DNA of 64,000 nt from Candidatus Sericytochromatia bacterium (GCA_036676495.1 JAKFCT010000019.1:504-64503); one strand, 5' to 3'; positions 22,257-32,004 are shown, numbered from the stretch's first letter. Notes: generated by a model not told the origin, from the sequence alone. Numbers and translations are program-made.

Positions 22257-24224
22257 TCAGCGGCCGAACTGCCAGTTCAGCTTGCGCACGACGTGGCGGT
22301 TCGCGTCGCAGAAGTAGACCTCGCCGTTCGGGCCCGTCGCCAGGCCGGAAAGATCCGCGAGCTGGGCCTCCAAGGCCTCCGCATCCCCTTCCTGGCTCCC
22401 GCCGCCCGCCGCGGTCGCGATCCGACCGCTTTCCAGGTCGATGACGCGCAAGCGCCGGTTGAACGCGTCGTTGAAGAAGAGCTGCCGCCCGTCCCGGGAG
22501 AGCGCGATCCCCCCGTAGGGCACCTCGGGCCATGTCGGATCGACCAGGTTGAGCAGGGCGTCCTTGGCCAGGCCGCCGTCTCCGCCGAAGCCCCGCTTCC
22601 CCGGCCCGCCCATGACGAAGCGAATCACCCCGGCCTCGGGCGTGGCCGGATCGAAGACGATCTCCCGGATGGCATTCCCCAGCGCCAGGAGGCTGGGGTC
22701 TTGCTCAGTGGGATTGGTGCCCTCCCAGACGTAGAGCCGATCGAGACCGTCGGCTCCCCGCCGCCAGGCCACGTCGAAGGGCCGGTGGATCACCGCCTCG
22801 ACGGCCGGCTGCTCGGCCTTGGCGTACCCGTCGCGCTGCGCAGGGGAAATCGTCGCCTCCCCCGTTTCGTCGAAGCTGCGGTGGCCCCCCACCGTCGTGA
22901 CCATTCCCGTCATCCGATCGATCCGGCGGATCAAGTTATTGCGACGGTCGGCGAGGTAGAGGTTGCCCCCGGAGTCACTGGTCACCCCCGCGACGGCATT
23001 GAAGCTCGCCTGGGCGATCGCCCCGTCCGCATTGCCTGCCTCGCCTGACGGGTCTCCGAGCCGGTAGGAATGCCCCGCCTGCAGCCCGGCGCGCCCGAAG
23101 TAGCTTCCGGACGTCCGGCAGAGGAAGACCAGCACCTCGGTGGGCGAATATTGCCCCCTCAAGGAGACGATTACGTTCCCGTCCGGATCGCAGGTGAGGT
23201 CCTGCACCATCGGCAGGACGGTCTCGGCGAAGGCCGCGCCATCGGCTGAAAGCCCTGGGCTCGCCAGCGAGCCGTCCCCGCGGAACCCCCCGATGAACGT
23301 GCTGCTGCCGTCCGGCTTCACCCAGCGCACGCCATGGTGATTCTGCTCCGCGATGAAGAGGTTGCCCTCCCCATCCGCAGCCACTCCGCTCGGACGATGC
23401 AACCCCAAACGCGTGGCTGGGCCTTCCTCTTGCAGGATTCCGATGGCGTAGTTTCCTGCGACGGTCGAGAGGGAGACCACCCGGCGCCCGAGAAGCGCGG
23501 CCCAGCCGTCGCTCAGAGCGGCAGAGCGGGACCCGAAAACCGCGAGGTAGGTCTGGTTCATGGGGCCGGCCATCCCGAGCGTGAGGTCGGGAATGGGGAG
23601 CGACCCGTCATCCAAGAGCTTCTGGGTCTCGGCGACGAGCGCCGGCAGCTTCTCCAGCGCTCCTGCATAGTCCCCCATGGTTTTCCCCGCCTTGGCCGCC
23701 TGCTCCCGGAAGAACTCGGTGACGTAGGTGCTCGCCACGCTGATGTCCACTCGGTTCTCGCCCGCCTGGGTGAACGTGTAGCCTACCATGCGGCGGTTGC
23801 CCGACAGCAAGGCGCTCACGATGACCTGCTTCTTGGGGGGCAGGACTCCCTCCAGGCGGTAGGAGCCGTCCGCATCGGTGGTTTGGACGATCCGATCGCC
23901 CTTGGGGTCGTGGTAGAACTGTTCGTTCGGATTCAAGAGGTAGATGAGGGCTCCGGCGAGGGGCTGCTCGGCCAGGGCGCTGATGCGGTACCCGCTGCCG
24001 TTGTTCGCGATGAGCCCCGCCGAGTTGTTGGCGACGAGGGACGTCGGGATGCGGACGTGCCCGGCGAAGCCGGCCGAGTTGTTCGCCACCAGGTCCGACG
24101 TCCCCTGCAGGTCGCCGCCCGCCGGCGTCGTCAACGCGGTCGGGGTGCAGCCGGACAACCCGACGGCCAGGCTCAGGGCCATGAGGGCCCGAAGAATGGG
24201 GTCTCTCACTCTCGCTCTCCTCAC
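22257..24224 (-). CDS. NHL-repeat beta-propeller lipoprotein
   Basis: Lipobox GLSGC. LVANNSAG repeats plus a carboxypeptidase-regulatory-like segment. NHL units (GNLFIAEQNHHGVRWV, GNLYLADRRNNLIRRID, GEVYFCDANRHVVRKL). Start is GTG 24224 or GTG 24209. Confidence 0.8.
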   Translation of the reverse strand: MRRARVRDPILRALMALSLAVGLSGCTPTALTTPAGGDLQGTSDLVANNSAGFAGHVRIPTSLVANNSAGLIANNGSGYRISALAEQPLAGALIYLLNPNEQFYHDPKGDRIVQTTDADGSYRLEGVLPPKKQVIVSALLSGNRRMVGYTFTQAGENRVDISVASTYVTEFFREQAAKAGKTMGDYAGALEKLPALVAETQKLLDDGSLPIPDLTLGMAGPMNQTYLAVFGSRSAALSDGWAALLGRRVVSLSTVAGNYAIGILQEEGPATRLGLHRPSGVAADGEGNLFIAEQNHHGVRWVKPDGSSTFIGGFRGDGSLASPGLSADGAAFAETVLPMVQDLTCDPDGNVIVSLRGQYSPTEVLVFLCRTSGSYFGRAGLQAGHSYRLGDPSGEAGNADGAIAQASFNAVAGVTSDSGGNLYLADRRNNLIRRIDRMTGMVTTVGGHRSFDETGEATISPAQRDGYAKAEQPAVEAVIHRPFDVAWRRGADGLDRLYVWEGTNPTEQDPSLLALGNAIREIVFDPATPEAGVIRFVMGGPGKRGFGGDGGLAKDALLNLVDPTWPEVPYGGIALSRDGRQLFFNDAFNRRLRVIDLESGRIATAAGGGSQEGDAEALEAQLADLSGLATGPNGEVYFCDANRHVVRKLNWQFGR

Positions 24225-24256
24225 TTCAGCGCCCCTAGCTCAAGGGCAGCGCCTGC

Positions 24257-26065
24257 CTAGAGTCCGAACTTCAGCCAGAGGCGCCGCAGCTTGTTCGAGC
24301 GCCCGTCCGCGATCAGGAGGTTGCCTTCCGTGTCGAACGCGAGGCCGGCCACTTCTCCCAGCCCCGAGCGGCGCGAGTCCCCGATGGCGCTCGGGACGCC
24401 CGGATCCGCGCCCGCCAGGGTGTAGACCTTCTGGCCGTCGAACATGCGCACCCGGCGGTGATCCTGATCGGCGATGAACATTCTCCCCTGGGCGTCGAAG
24501 GCGATCGCCCGAGGAAAGGCGAACGACGCCGCCTCGCGGGGCACCCCGTCCGGATGATCCAGGTCGACGAAGCCCGCCTCGCGGCTCTGGGGAGCCTTGC
24601 CGTCCTCGAGCGCTCCCGGGGGCCGGAGCATGTTGCCGTAGACGGTGTCGCCCCGGCCGAGGACCGTCTCGGTCGTGAAGGCGGGATCGCCGAGGTCGAT
24701 GCGCCGGATCCGGTGGTTGAGCGTGTCCGAGACGTAGAGGTACTCCTTGTCCCCCACTTGATGCAGCGCGAGGCTGCCCGGATGGTTGAAGCGGGCCTGC
24801 GCCCCCGCCAGCGCGGCATCCCCCGCAAAGGTGGCCGTGGCGGCGCGATCGCCCGCAATCACCTGGATCTCAGGCGCAATCTGCGCCTCGTCCTCGTCCA
24901 GCTCCATGTCCTCCGCCAGCCGGTAGCGAACGATCTCGTTCGTCCCCTCGCTCGAGGCATAGAAGACGTCTCCCCGGGCCGCCAGGTCGAAGACGTCGAA
25001 CGGCAGGACGGAGTTTTGGGGATCCGTGCCGCTGCGCACCCAGAGTGGGTTGTTGGCGAGGACGCCATTGGGATCGAAGGCGAGGCTCAGATCGAAGCCG
25101 TAGTGCCCTCCCCATTCCCCCGGGACGCCTACATGCAGCACCCCGTTACGCATGAGCATCCCCCCCACGTAGTCGATCCAATCGGCGCGCGGAGCGTGGG
25201 TGATGTCCTCGAAGACCCCGTCCGGCTTGCGGCGGCGGATCTGCAGCGTGAGGTTGTTGAAGCCCGCGGTGTAGAGGCTGCCGTCATGTCCGAGGTGGAC
25301 CGAGAGCGCCGTGAGCCCAGGATCGAGCCCCGCGTCCACCTCGTCGATCAGCAGGGGCCGGTAGCCCAAGAGGCGCTTCCATGCATCGCCGAGGGCCGGG
25401 TGATCGGCCCCGAAGGCCCGGACGTAAGCATGGCGCATGGCGGGGATCGCGTTCACTCCGAGATCGGGGACCGGCAGCTCGCCGCTGTCGATCAGCTCGC
25501 GGGTCATGCGGAGGATCGCGGGAAGCTCCGCGGCGAGCGCCGGGAAGTCGCCCATCGAGCGCCCCGCGAGGCGCGCCTGGTCGCGGAGGAACTCCGCGAC
25601 CACCGTGCTCGCGAGGTCCACGTCGTAGTGGTTCTCCCCTTCCACGGGGATCATGAAGCCGACCATGCGCTGGTTTCGGGCCAAGAGGACCGTGACCACG
25701 ACGGGAACTCCGGCCGGAGCCTTGGCGAAGGAGTAGCGCCCCTCCGCATCGGTGACCGTGAACAGGGCCTTGCCGTCCGATCCCGCGTAGAAGCGCTCGT
25801 CGGGAGCCGTCAGGTAGACCATGGCCTGCGGGGCCGGAGCCTCGGCGTAAGCCTGGAGGCGGTACCCCGCGGAGTTGTTCGCGACCAGCGTGGCGGGGCC
25901 GCGGACCAGGCCCGACAGGCTGGCCGCATGATTGGAGAGCAGGGTGTCTTGCTGTCGGCCCGGGTCGTTCTGGGGGCTCATCGAGGGAAGGGGAGCACAT
26001 GCCAGCATGGTCAGCGACAAGGAGAGTACCAGAAGCCTGAGCGGAGTCACGTGCGGGAAGCGCAT
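24257..26065 (-). CDS. NHL-repeat beta-propeller lipoprotein (paralog of previous)
   Basis: ATG 26065. Signal peptide MRFPHVTPLRLLVLSLSLTMLAC. LVANNSAGYRL motif. NHL units (YLYVSDTLNHRIRRID, RMFIADQDHRRVRMF, GNLLIADGRSNKLRRL). Confidence 0.8.
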   Translation of the reverse strand: MRFPHVTPLRLLVLSLSLTMLACAPLPSMSPQNDPGRQQDTLLSNHAASLSGLVRGPATLVANNSAGYRLQAYAEAPAPQAMVYLTAPDERFYAGSDGKALFTVTDAEGRYSFAKAPAGVPVVVTVLLARNQRMVGFMIPVEGENHYDVDLASTVVAEFLRDQARLAGRSMGDFPALAAELPAILRMTRELIDSGELPVPDLGVNAIPAMRHAYVRAFGADHPALGDAWKRLLGYRPLLIDEVDAGLDPGLTALSVHLGHDGSLYTAGFNNLTLQIRRRKPDGVFEDITHAPRADWIDYVGGMLMRNGVLHVGVPGEWGGHYGFDLSLAFDPNGVLANNPLWVRSGTDPQNSVLPFDVFDLAARGDVFYASSEGTNEIVRYRLAEDMELDEDEAQIAPEIQVIAGDRAATATFAGDAALAGAQARFNHPGSLALHQVGDKEYLYVSDTLNHRIRRIDLGDPAFTTETVLGRGDTVYGNMLRPPGALEDGKAPQSREAGFVDLDHPDGVPREAASFAFPRAIAFDAQGRMFIADQDHRRVRMFDGQKVYTLAGADPGVPSAIGDSRRSGLGEVAGLAFDTEGNLLIADGRSNKLRRLWLKFGL

Positions 26066-26100
26066 GTTCGTCCTTTCGTTCTGAGGGAGGCGCGCGGAGC

Positions 26101-27369
26101 CTAGCCTTTCTGTCCACGACCTCCGAGGCGTCCGCCGCCTTCTTCCTGTTCGGCGATCATGCCTTGGACCGCGCTCTCGCCGTCGGCGTTCCGGATCTGA
26201 TGCTGCACGCTCCTCAGCGTGCGGTCGCGGCTGGGCGCCAGGATCTCCTCCCGGTCGAAGGTCGCTCTGACCAGCAGGTCGTTGAACTGCTCCTTCGAGA
26301 GGACCTCGCTCCGGCGGGTGGCCGGATCCCAGATCGTCACACCCTGCTCGGAGACTCCCGTGACGGCCACGGAATGCAGCCCCTCGTCTGCTTGAAGGGT
26401 GGCCTTGATCGCGCCGTTCGAGGCGTTCTTGAGCACATGGGCGATGGCGGGGAGCAAGTTGACTCCGGGGTCGGCATAGATAGTGACATGATCCTTGCCG
26501 ACGATTCCGTCGTAGAGGAGCTTGACCTCCTTGGCGTTCAGGCCCTTGTCGTCGTCCTCGAAACCGAAGAAGTCCTTGATCTTGAGCCAGATGGCCGATC
26601 GCTCGTCCACGCTCCCCTTGAAGGAGCGTTGCATCATGAACTCGAGGGTCGAGCGGCCGGCCGCCTCTCCCATCATGTTGAGCTTCACGGTATCGGGGTT
26701 GGGGCCTTGCGGGGGCCCCGGGATTCGGGCCTCTCCCTGCGTGGCGAGTCCGACGGCGATCCGCGCGTAGTCCGCGGGCTGCGCGTGGGCCAAGGTCGCC
26801 GATAGGGTCGCCTCGGCGCATGCATAGGTGCCCTCGCCCTGTCCGAGGCTCTCGGGATTTGCCAGCGCCTGGATCAACTCGCGCGCGAACTGGCCCTTGC
26901 TCGTGCTCTCGGCGAGCTTGTCATGCAGCGGCGTGGCGTTGAAGGTGGCCAGGTGATCGAGGATTCCTTCACCGAACGCGTCCTGGGCCGTGAGCTTGTC
27001 CTGCTTCAGCAGCTCCGCGATCTGGCCGGCGATGCGCATGGTTGCCATCGGCTTGGCCCCCTCCGTGGCGGTCTCGAAGAGCGACCGAAGCGTGGCCTGC
27101 TCCTTCGGGGCGAGGCCCTGAAACTCCGGAGTCTCGGTGAAACGGGCCTCGGGAGCCCGCGGCGCGTCGGCAGACGGGTCCCAGGGAAGCGGTCCCAGGT
27201 CCAAGCTCCGGGACTGGGGCGCTTTCACTTGGTTCCGATCCGCCGTGAGACCAGGGGTCAGAGGCCCAGGGGCCGGGGCGGAGGGCGCAGGGGTCTCGCT
27301 GGGGGCCGACGCAGGTGCGAGCGGAGACAAGGACGTCGTCTGAGGCGCGGGAAGGTTGATCTGACTCAT
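26101..27369 (-). CDS. putative C39-like/papain-fold cysteine peptidase with Pro/Ala/Ser-rich N-terminus
   Basis: ATG 27369 after GGAGAGGAG. No signal peptide. QGEGTYACAEATL (Cys codon 26818-26820) and GLHSVAVTGVSEQGVTIWDP (His 26374-26376, Asp 26326-28, 16 residues apart). Confidence 0.5.
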   Translation of the reverse strand: MSQINLPAPQTTSLSPLAPASAPSETPAPSAPAPGPLTPGLTADRNQVKAPQSRSLDLGPLPWDPSADAPRAPEARFTETPEFQGLAPKEQATLRSLFETATEGAKPMATMRIAGQIAELLKQDKLTAQDAFGEGILDHLATFNATPLHDKLAESTSKGQFARELIQALANPESLGQGEGTYACAEATLSATLAHAQPADYARIAVGLATQGEARIPGPPQGPNPDTVKLNMMGEAAGRSTLEFMMQRSFKGSVDERSAIWLKIKDFFGFEDDDKGLNAKEVKLLYDGIVGKDHVTIYADPGVNLLPAIAHVLKNASNGAIKATLQADEGLHSVAVTGVSEQGVTIWDPATRRSEVLSKEQFNDLLVRATFDREEILAPSRDRTLRSVQHQIRNADGESAVQGMIAEQEEGGGRLGGRGQKG

Positions 27370-27580
27370 GAAACCGTTCTCCTCTCCAAGACGGGCCGAA
27401 GCGGTGCGGACTCGCAGCAACGTCCCGGCGGAAGCACGCCGGGGCGAGGGCCTGGACCGCGACGCAGCAGAACCCGAAACGACCTGACAACTGGAACGTC
27501 GTTTCCTTGGAGAATCTTTACCCAGGAAGGTTGCTTAACAAGCGGTAATAACGGAAGTTTAATGAACTTCTCATCATCGC

Positions 27581-28300
27581 TCACAGCGATCGCATGTCCT
27601 CCAGGAGGTCTTGCAGCCAGCGCATTGCCCGTTCGACCATGGATGCGCGCGTGCCTTCCGCCGCAATGGCTCCGGCTGCGGGATCCTGGAGGCCTTCCCC
27701 CTTTTCGAGAGACCGGGTCGCCACCTGGTTGCGCGGGCGCGGGAAGAGGCTTTGAAGCAACGCGTGGCCTTCGAAGGTGAGCGCAAGGTTGTGCAGCGGG
27801 TAGAGTGCGCCTCGGAACTTCGTGACGCTGAACCCCTCGACCTCGCCTGCCCGGCAGTCGGCGGCCAGGAAGCGGGCATGGGCGTCCTTGGCGATCGCCA
27901 GGTCGCGCTCCGCCTGCAGGAACTGCTGCTGGGCGATCCGCGCCTTGCGCGCCGCATCCGGGCTTTCGGCGAGCGCCAGGGAGAGGCGCAGCGTGAAACT
28001 GCGCTCCCCTTCCGAGACTCCCGCGAAGAGGGTGTCGAGCGCAGAAGGCTGGGCTTCCCCGGCCGCCAGCGCCCGCACGAGCGCCCCGATCCGCGGCCGC
28101 ATCACCTCCAGCACCTCCTCGGCCTCCCCGATCACCTGGGCCAGCACCTCAATTGGGATGCCCACCTGGGGAGCCTCGGCTTGGGCCTCGGGTGGAGGCT
28201 CGCTCGAGGGGAGCGGATAGGCATGGAACGGCGCGGTGCCGAGGGCGCGCTGGAGCGCGATGGTGTCGCGCTTGGGATCCGGCTTCCGGGGCGATGACAT
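27581..28300 (-). CDS. hypothetical helical protein (239 aa)
   Basis: ATG 28300. Coding-like composition. No motif recognised. Confidence 0.5.
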   Translation of the reverse strand: MSSPRKPDPKRDTIALQRALGTAPFHAYPLPSSEPPPEAQAEAPQVGIPIEVLAQVIGEAEEVLEVMRPRIGALVRALAAGEAQPSALDTLFAGVSEGERSFTLRLSLALAESPDAARKARIAQQQFLQAERDLAIAKDAHARFLAADCRAGEVEGFSVTKFRGALYPLHNLALTFEGHALLQSLFPRPRNQVATRSLEKGEGLQDPAAGAIAAEGTRASMVERAMRWLQDLLEDMRSL

Positions 28301-28445
28301 GGGGGCACCTCGCGGGGGCGTCCGACGATGTCCTTGCCGCCGAGCGACCACGAGGCGAGGGCTCGGCATGCATCCTCGGGATTATTCCCCCTCGGTGCGG
28401 AGATGTACGAGCCTTGATGAAGATTTGTTGAAGGCTATCGAGGAT

Positions 28446-29843
28446 TTAACGGAGCAGCCCGCCGTAGCGCGATCGCTTGATGAAGCGTCCATCGCCCTTG
28501 CGGCCCAGGTAGCGGCCGTGGTCGATGACGACTTGGCCGCGCGAGATGACGATCTCCGGGTGTCCCTTCACCTCGAAGCCTTCGAAGGTGTTGTAATCCA
28601 CCGCCATGTGGTGGGTATGGGGGTTGTGCACCGAGAGGGTCTCTCTCCGCTCGGGGTCGAAGACCACGATATCCGCATCCGAGCCCACGGCGACGGTCCC
28701 CTTTCGGGGGAAGAGGCCGAAGGTCTTGGCGGCTGCCGTCGAGGTCAGCTCGACGAACTTGTTGAGGCTGAGGCGCCCTTCGACCACGCCGGCGGTGTAG
28801 ATCAGGCTCATGCGGTTCTCGACGCCGGGCGCTCCGTTGGGGATCTTCGAGAAGTCGTCGTGGCCCAGCTCCTTTTGCTCCTTGAAGCAGAACGGGCAGT
28901 GGTCGGTGGCGATGGTCTGGAGGTCGCCGAACTGCAAGCCCTTCCAGAGCTCGTCCTGGTTCCACTTTTCGCGCAATGCCGGGGTCATGACGTACTTGGC
29001 GCCCTCGAAGCCGGGGGCGTCGTAGGCGGTCTCGTCGAGAAGCAGGTACTGGGGGCAGGTCTCGGCGAAGGCATGCACGCCGCGGTCCCGGGCGATCCGG
29101 ACCTCGTGCAAGGCGTCCGCACTCGACAGGTGGACGATGTAGACCGGGACGCGAGCCACCTCGGCGATAGCGATCGCCCGGTGAACGCCCTCCCCTTCCA
29201 TCCGGGTGGGCCGGGTCAGGGCGTGCCACTTCGGCCCGGTCTTGCCCTCGGCCAGGGCGGACTTCACGATCTCGTCGATCACGATCCCGTTCTCGGCGTG
29301 CATGCAGACCATGGTGCCGTCCTCGCCCGCCTTGCGCATGGCCCGGAAGATCATGCCGTCGTCCGCGTAGAAGACGCCCGGGTAGGCCATGAACATCTTG
29401 TAGGAGGTCACGCCTTCGTCGGCGAGACGGCTCATCTCCGCGAGCCGCTCCGAGGGCATGTCCGTGAGGATCATGTGGAAGCCGTAGTCGATGGCGCACT
29501 TGCCCTCGGCCTTGGCATGCCAGGTTTCCAGGCCTTCCAGGGCGGATTTGCCCTTGGACTGGATGGCGAAGTCGATGATGCTGGTGGTCCCCCCGAAGGC
29601 CGCCGCCCGGGTGCCGGTCTCGAAGTCATCGGCGCTCTGGGTTCCGCCGAAGGGCATCTCCATGTGGGTATGCGGGTCGATCCCTCCGGGGATGACCAGC
29701 TTGCCCGAGGCATCGATCACCCGGTCGGCCTGGACCGGCAGGTCTTTGCCGATCATGGCGATCGTCTCGCCGTCCACGAAGACGTCGGCGAAGTAGTCGT
29801 CGACCGCCGTCACGATCCGCCCGTTCTTGATCAGAATGCTCAT
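28446..29843 (-). CDS. dihydropyrimidinase / D-hydantoinase
   Basis: ATG 29843 after AGGAGGG. MSILIKNGRIV start. GGIDPHTHMEMPFGG metal-binding motif of cyclic amidohydrolases. Confidence 0.92.
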   Translation of the reverse strand: MSILIKNGRIVTAVDDYFADVFVDGETIAMIGKDLPVQADRVIDASGKLVIPGGIDPHTHMEMPFGGTQSADDFETGTRAAAFGGTTSIIDFAIQSKGKSALEGLETWHAKAEGKCAIDYGFHMILTDMPSERLAEMSRLADEGVTSYKMFMAYPGVFYADDGMIFRAMRKAGEDGTMVCMHAENGIVIDEIVKSALAEGKTGPKWHALTRPTRMEGEGVHRAIAIAEVARVPVYIVHLSSADALHEVRIARDRGVHAFAETCPQYLLLDETAYDAPGFEGAKYVMTPALREKWNQDELWKGLQFGDLQTIATDHCPFCFKEQKELGHDDFSKIPNGAPGVENRMSLIYTAGVVEGRLSLNKFVELTSTAAAKTFGLFPRKGTVAVGSDADIVVFDPERRETLSVHNPHTHHMAVDYNTFEGFEVKGHPEIVISRGQVVIDHGRYLGRKGDGRFIKRSRYGGLLR

Positions 29844-29856
29844 GCTTGCCCTCCTT

Positions 29857-29892
29857 GCGCGTGCTTGCTTGATCATCTCAGCAAGCACGCGC
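29857..29892 (-). terminator. 12-bp perfect hairpin between NHL/IPT gene and dihydropyrimidinase RBS
   Basis: GCGCGTGCTTGC / GCAAGCACGCGC with a 12-nt loop. On the minus strand it ends about 4 nt before the AAGGAGGG RBS. Confidence 0.45.
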
Positions 29893-29943
29893 TTTAGGCA
29901 AGGTTGCTAGCGGATCCGGACCATCTCCGGCCGCGCCGGGAGT

Positions 29944-31866
29944 TCACTGCAGCCGGATGACCTGGAGGTTCCACGTATCGGTAATCAGCAGGCGCCCTTG
30001 CGGATCCAAGGCGACGCCGGGGCGGTGTTGCACGTTCCCCGCGGTCTGGGGCTGCGTGCCGGACTGGTACACGGTCCGGATCCGTCCGTCCGTCCCCACC
30101 TGACGCACGACCACCCCGTCCGGGGTGCTGTAGACCACGTATTGGTTGCCCACCGCGTCCACGGCCACTCCGGTCGCTCGGGGCAGCTTCGCCTGCGTGG
30201 CGGGGATGTCCTCCGCGAAGCTGCCGCCGCCGCCCGCCACCGTCGTGATGACGCCAGCGGAGTTCACACGGCGCACCTGGCCCCGGTCGTCCGCGATGAA
30301 GACGTTGCCCGAGCGATCGACGGCCAGGCCCCGGGGCTCCTGCAAGATGGCCTCCACGGCGGGGCCACCGTCTCCGTACGGCCCGTACGCCCCCGTGTAG
30401 GTATAGGAGTTCTTGCCCGCGAAGGCGTTGATGATTCCGTCGAGGCCTACTACCCGCACCCGGTAGTTGTGGGTCGATGCGAGGTAGAGATTGCCCGTGT
30501 CGTCCAGGGCCACGCCCTGGGGCGCCAAGATGGTGGCCGACTTCGCCGGGCCCCCGTCTCCGGCGTTCCCGCCGAGGCTTCGTATTCCCGCCACGGTTGT
30601 GATGATGCCCTCGGGGCTCACCTTTCGGATGATGTGATTGCTCGTGTCGGCGATGTAGAGGTTGCCGACGGCGTCCGCGGCCACTCCGGCCGGAGAGGCC
30701 AGCGAGGCCGACGTGGCCAAGCCTCCGTCCCCCCCGCTGCCTCCGCCGGCGAAGGTCGTGATGATGCCGTCGGGCGCCACCTTGCGGATCCGATGCTGCC
30801 CATGATCCGCCAGGTAGACGCTGCCGCTCGCATCGACGGCAACGCCGGCTAGGGTGACGAACGTGGCGGAGGTGGCCGGCCCGCCGTCGCCGCTTGCGAT
30901 GAAGGTGGTTCTGTCGCTCCGCACGCCGGCCACCACGTCCGCCGTCGGCTCGTTGGTGTACTCGGGACCCGGAGCCTCGGCTTGTCCGCGCCGCACCACG
31001 ATCGAGCCCGTGGCATACCAGGCAATCGGCGGCACCTGAACGCTCAGCGTCTTGTTCGTCGCCGCGAGGACCCTGGCGCTCACGCCTCCGAAGGTCACGC
31101 TCTGGGCGCCCAGTTCCGGGTGGAACGTCCCGTTCAGGGTGAGCGTCTCGCCGCGCGCCACCTCGATCCGACCGCTGCTGCTCACGGTGAGCGGCTGATC
31201 GAGGATCATCCAGTTCCCCGAAACGCTGCGCCCGACGCGATGCAAGGGGTCCTGGTCGCTCGCCAGGATCTCGCCCACCAGCTCCAGGATCGCCTGGTAA
31301 TCCGCGCCGCTCAGCCCTCCGACCGGAGTGTACGTCGTCCCGTCGAGCTTGCCGACGAGCGTTCCGGGATCGAAGCCCGAGAGGTAGCCTGCCCCGATGG
31401 CAAGGGCCGTGGTGGCGGCGTTGACCACGATGCCCGCGTTGGGCGTGGCGTTGCTGACGCTGGTCCAGCCATCGGCGTAGCTCACGATCGTGCGAAGGCG
31501 CACCGCGGGATGGCCGGGCCGGTTGTTTCCCAGCCCCTTCACCGCCTCCAGGTAGTAGGTGGCGGCGGGATCGGCCGTGAACCCCCCCTCGAAGGTCAGC
31601 ACGAACTGCCCCTGGGCATCAGTACGCGCGGTGGAGACAGTCCGGCCGGTGGCAGCGTCAATCAGGGACACGGTCGCCGCCTCGATGAGGTCGCCAACGG
31701 CCACCTGGGCCCGCGGACCGAAGGAGGTGCTGCCCCGCAAGGCCGGCACCGCCTGGGTCGCGCCGGGACGGGTCAGCTCGGAGGACGTCTGGGGGGCGAT
31801 CGCCGGGAAACGACAGCCGCTCAGCGACACCAGCGCCAACACGGCGGGGATGAGTCTGCTCTTCAC
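29944..31866 (-). CDS. IPT/TIG plus NHL-repeat lipoprotein
   Basis: Lipobox LSGC. IPT-like segment (RGETLTLNGTF...VTFGGVSARV). Six or more NHL units with GDGGPA/GDGGLA linkers (GSVYLADHGQHRIRKV, GNLYIADTSNHIIRKV). Confidence 0.85.
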   Translation of the reverse strand: MKSRLIPAVLALVSLSGCRFPAIAPQTSSELTRPGATQAVPALRGSTSFGPRAQVAVGDLIEAATVSLIDAATGRTVSTARTDAQGQFVLTFEGGFTADPAATYYLEAVKGLGNNRPGHPAVRLRTIVSYADGWTSVSNATPNAGIVVNAATTALAIGAGYLSGFDPGTLVGKLDGTTYTPVGGLSGADYQAILELVGEILASDQDPLHRVGRSVSGNWMILDQPLTVSSSGRIEVARGETLTLNGTFHPELGAQSVTFGGVSARVLAATNKTLSVQVPPIAWYATGSIVVRRGQAEAPGPEYTNEPTADVVAGVRSDRTTFIASGDGGPATSATFVTLAGVAVDASGSVYLADHGQHRIRKVAPDGIITTFAGGGSGGDGGLATSASLASPAGVAADAVGNLYIADTSNHIIRKVSPEGIITTVAGIRSLGGNAGDGGPAKSATILAPQGVALDDTGNLYLASTHNYRVRVVGLDGIINAFAGKNSYTYTGAYGPYGDGGPAVEAILQEPRGLAVDRSGNVFIADDRGQVRRVNSAGVITTVAGGGGSFAEDIPATQAKLPRATGVAVDAVGNQYVVYSTPDGVVVRQVGTDGRIRTVYQSGTQPQTAGNVQHRPGVALDPQGRLLITDTWNLQVIRLQ

Positions 31867-32004
31867 CGAAAAACCTCGCTTCTCACGCGTCGCACATGGT
31901 CGATAGGGGCCGAGAGCCCATTATCGATCGCTCGCACGCTCGCGAGACAGCAGGATTTTTCGCTTCCGCAGCACAATCTTTCGCTCTTCGCCGCCGAACC
32001 GGGC

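Noticed and set aside
26066-26821. N-terminal 252-aa extension of the second NHL lipoprotein ORF (track start 26821)
   Set aside because: The extension is Arg/Gly/Pro-rich and overlaps the C39-like gene in another frame. A canonical signal peptide with a lipobox begins at ATG 26065.
28236-29897. 553-aa ORF antisense to dihydropyrimidinase
   Set aside because: The dihydropyrimidinase frame has the HxH metal motif and a strong RBS. The antisense product is a featureless Gly/Asp/Val/His-rich sequence.
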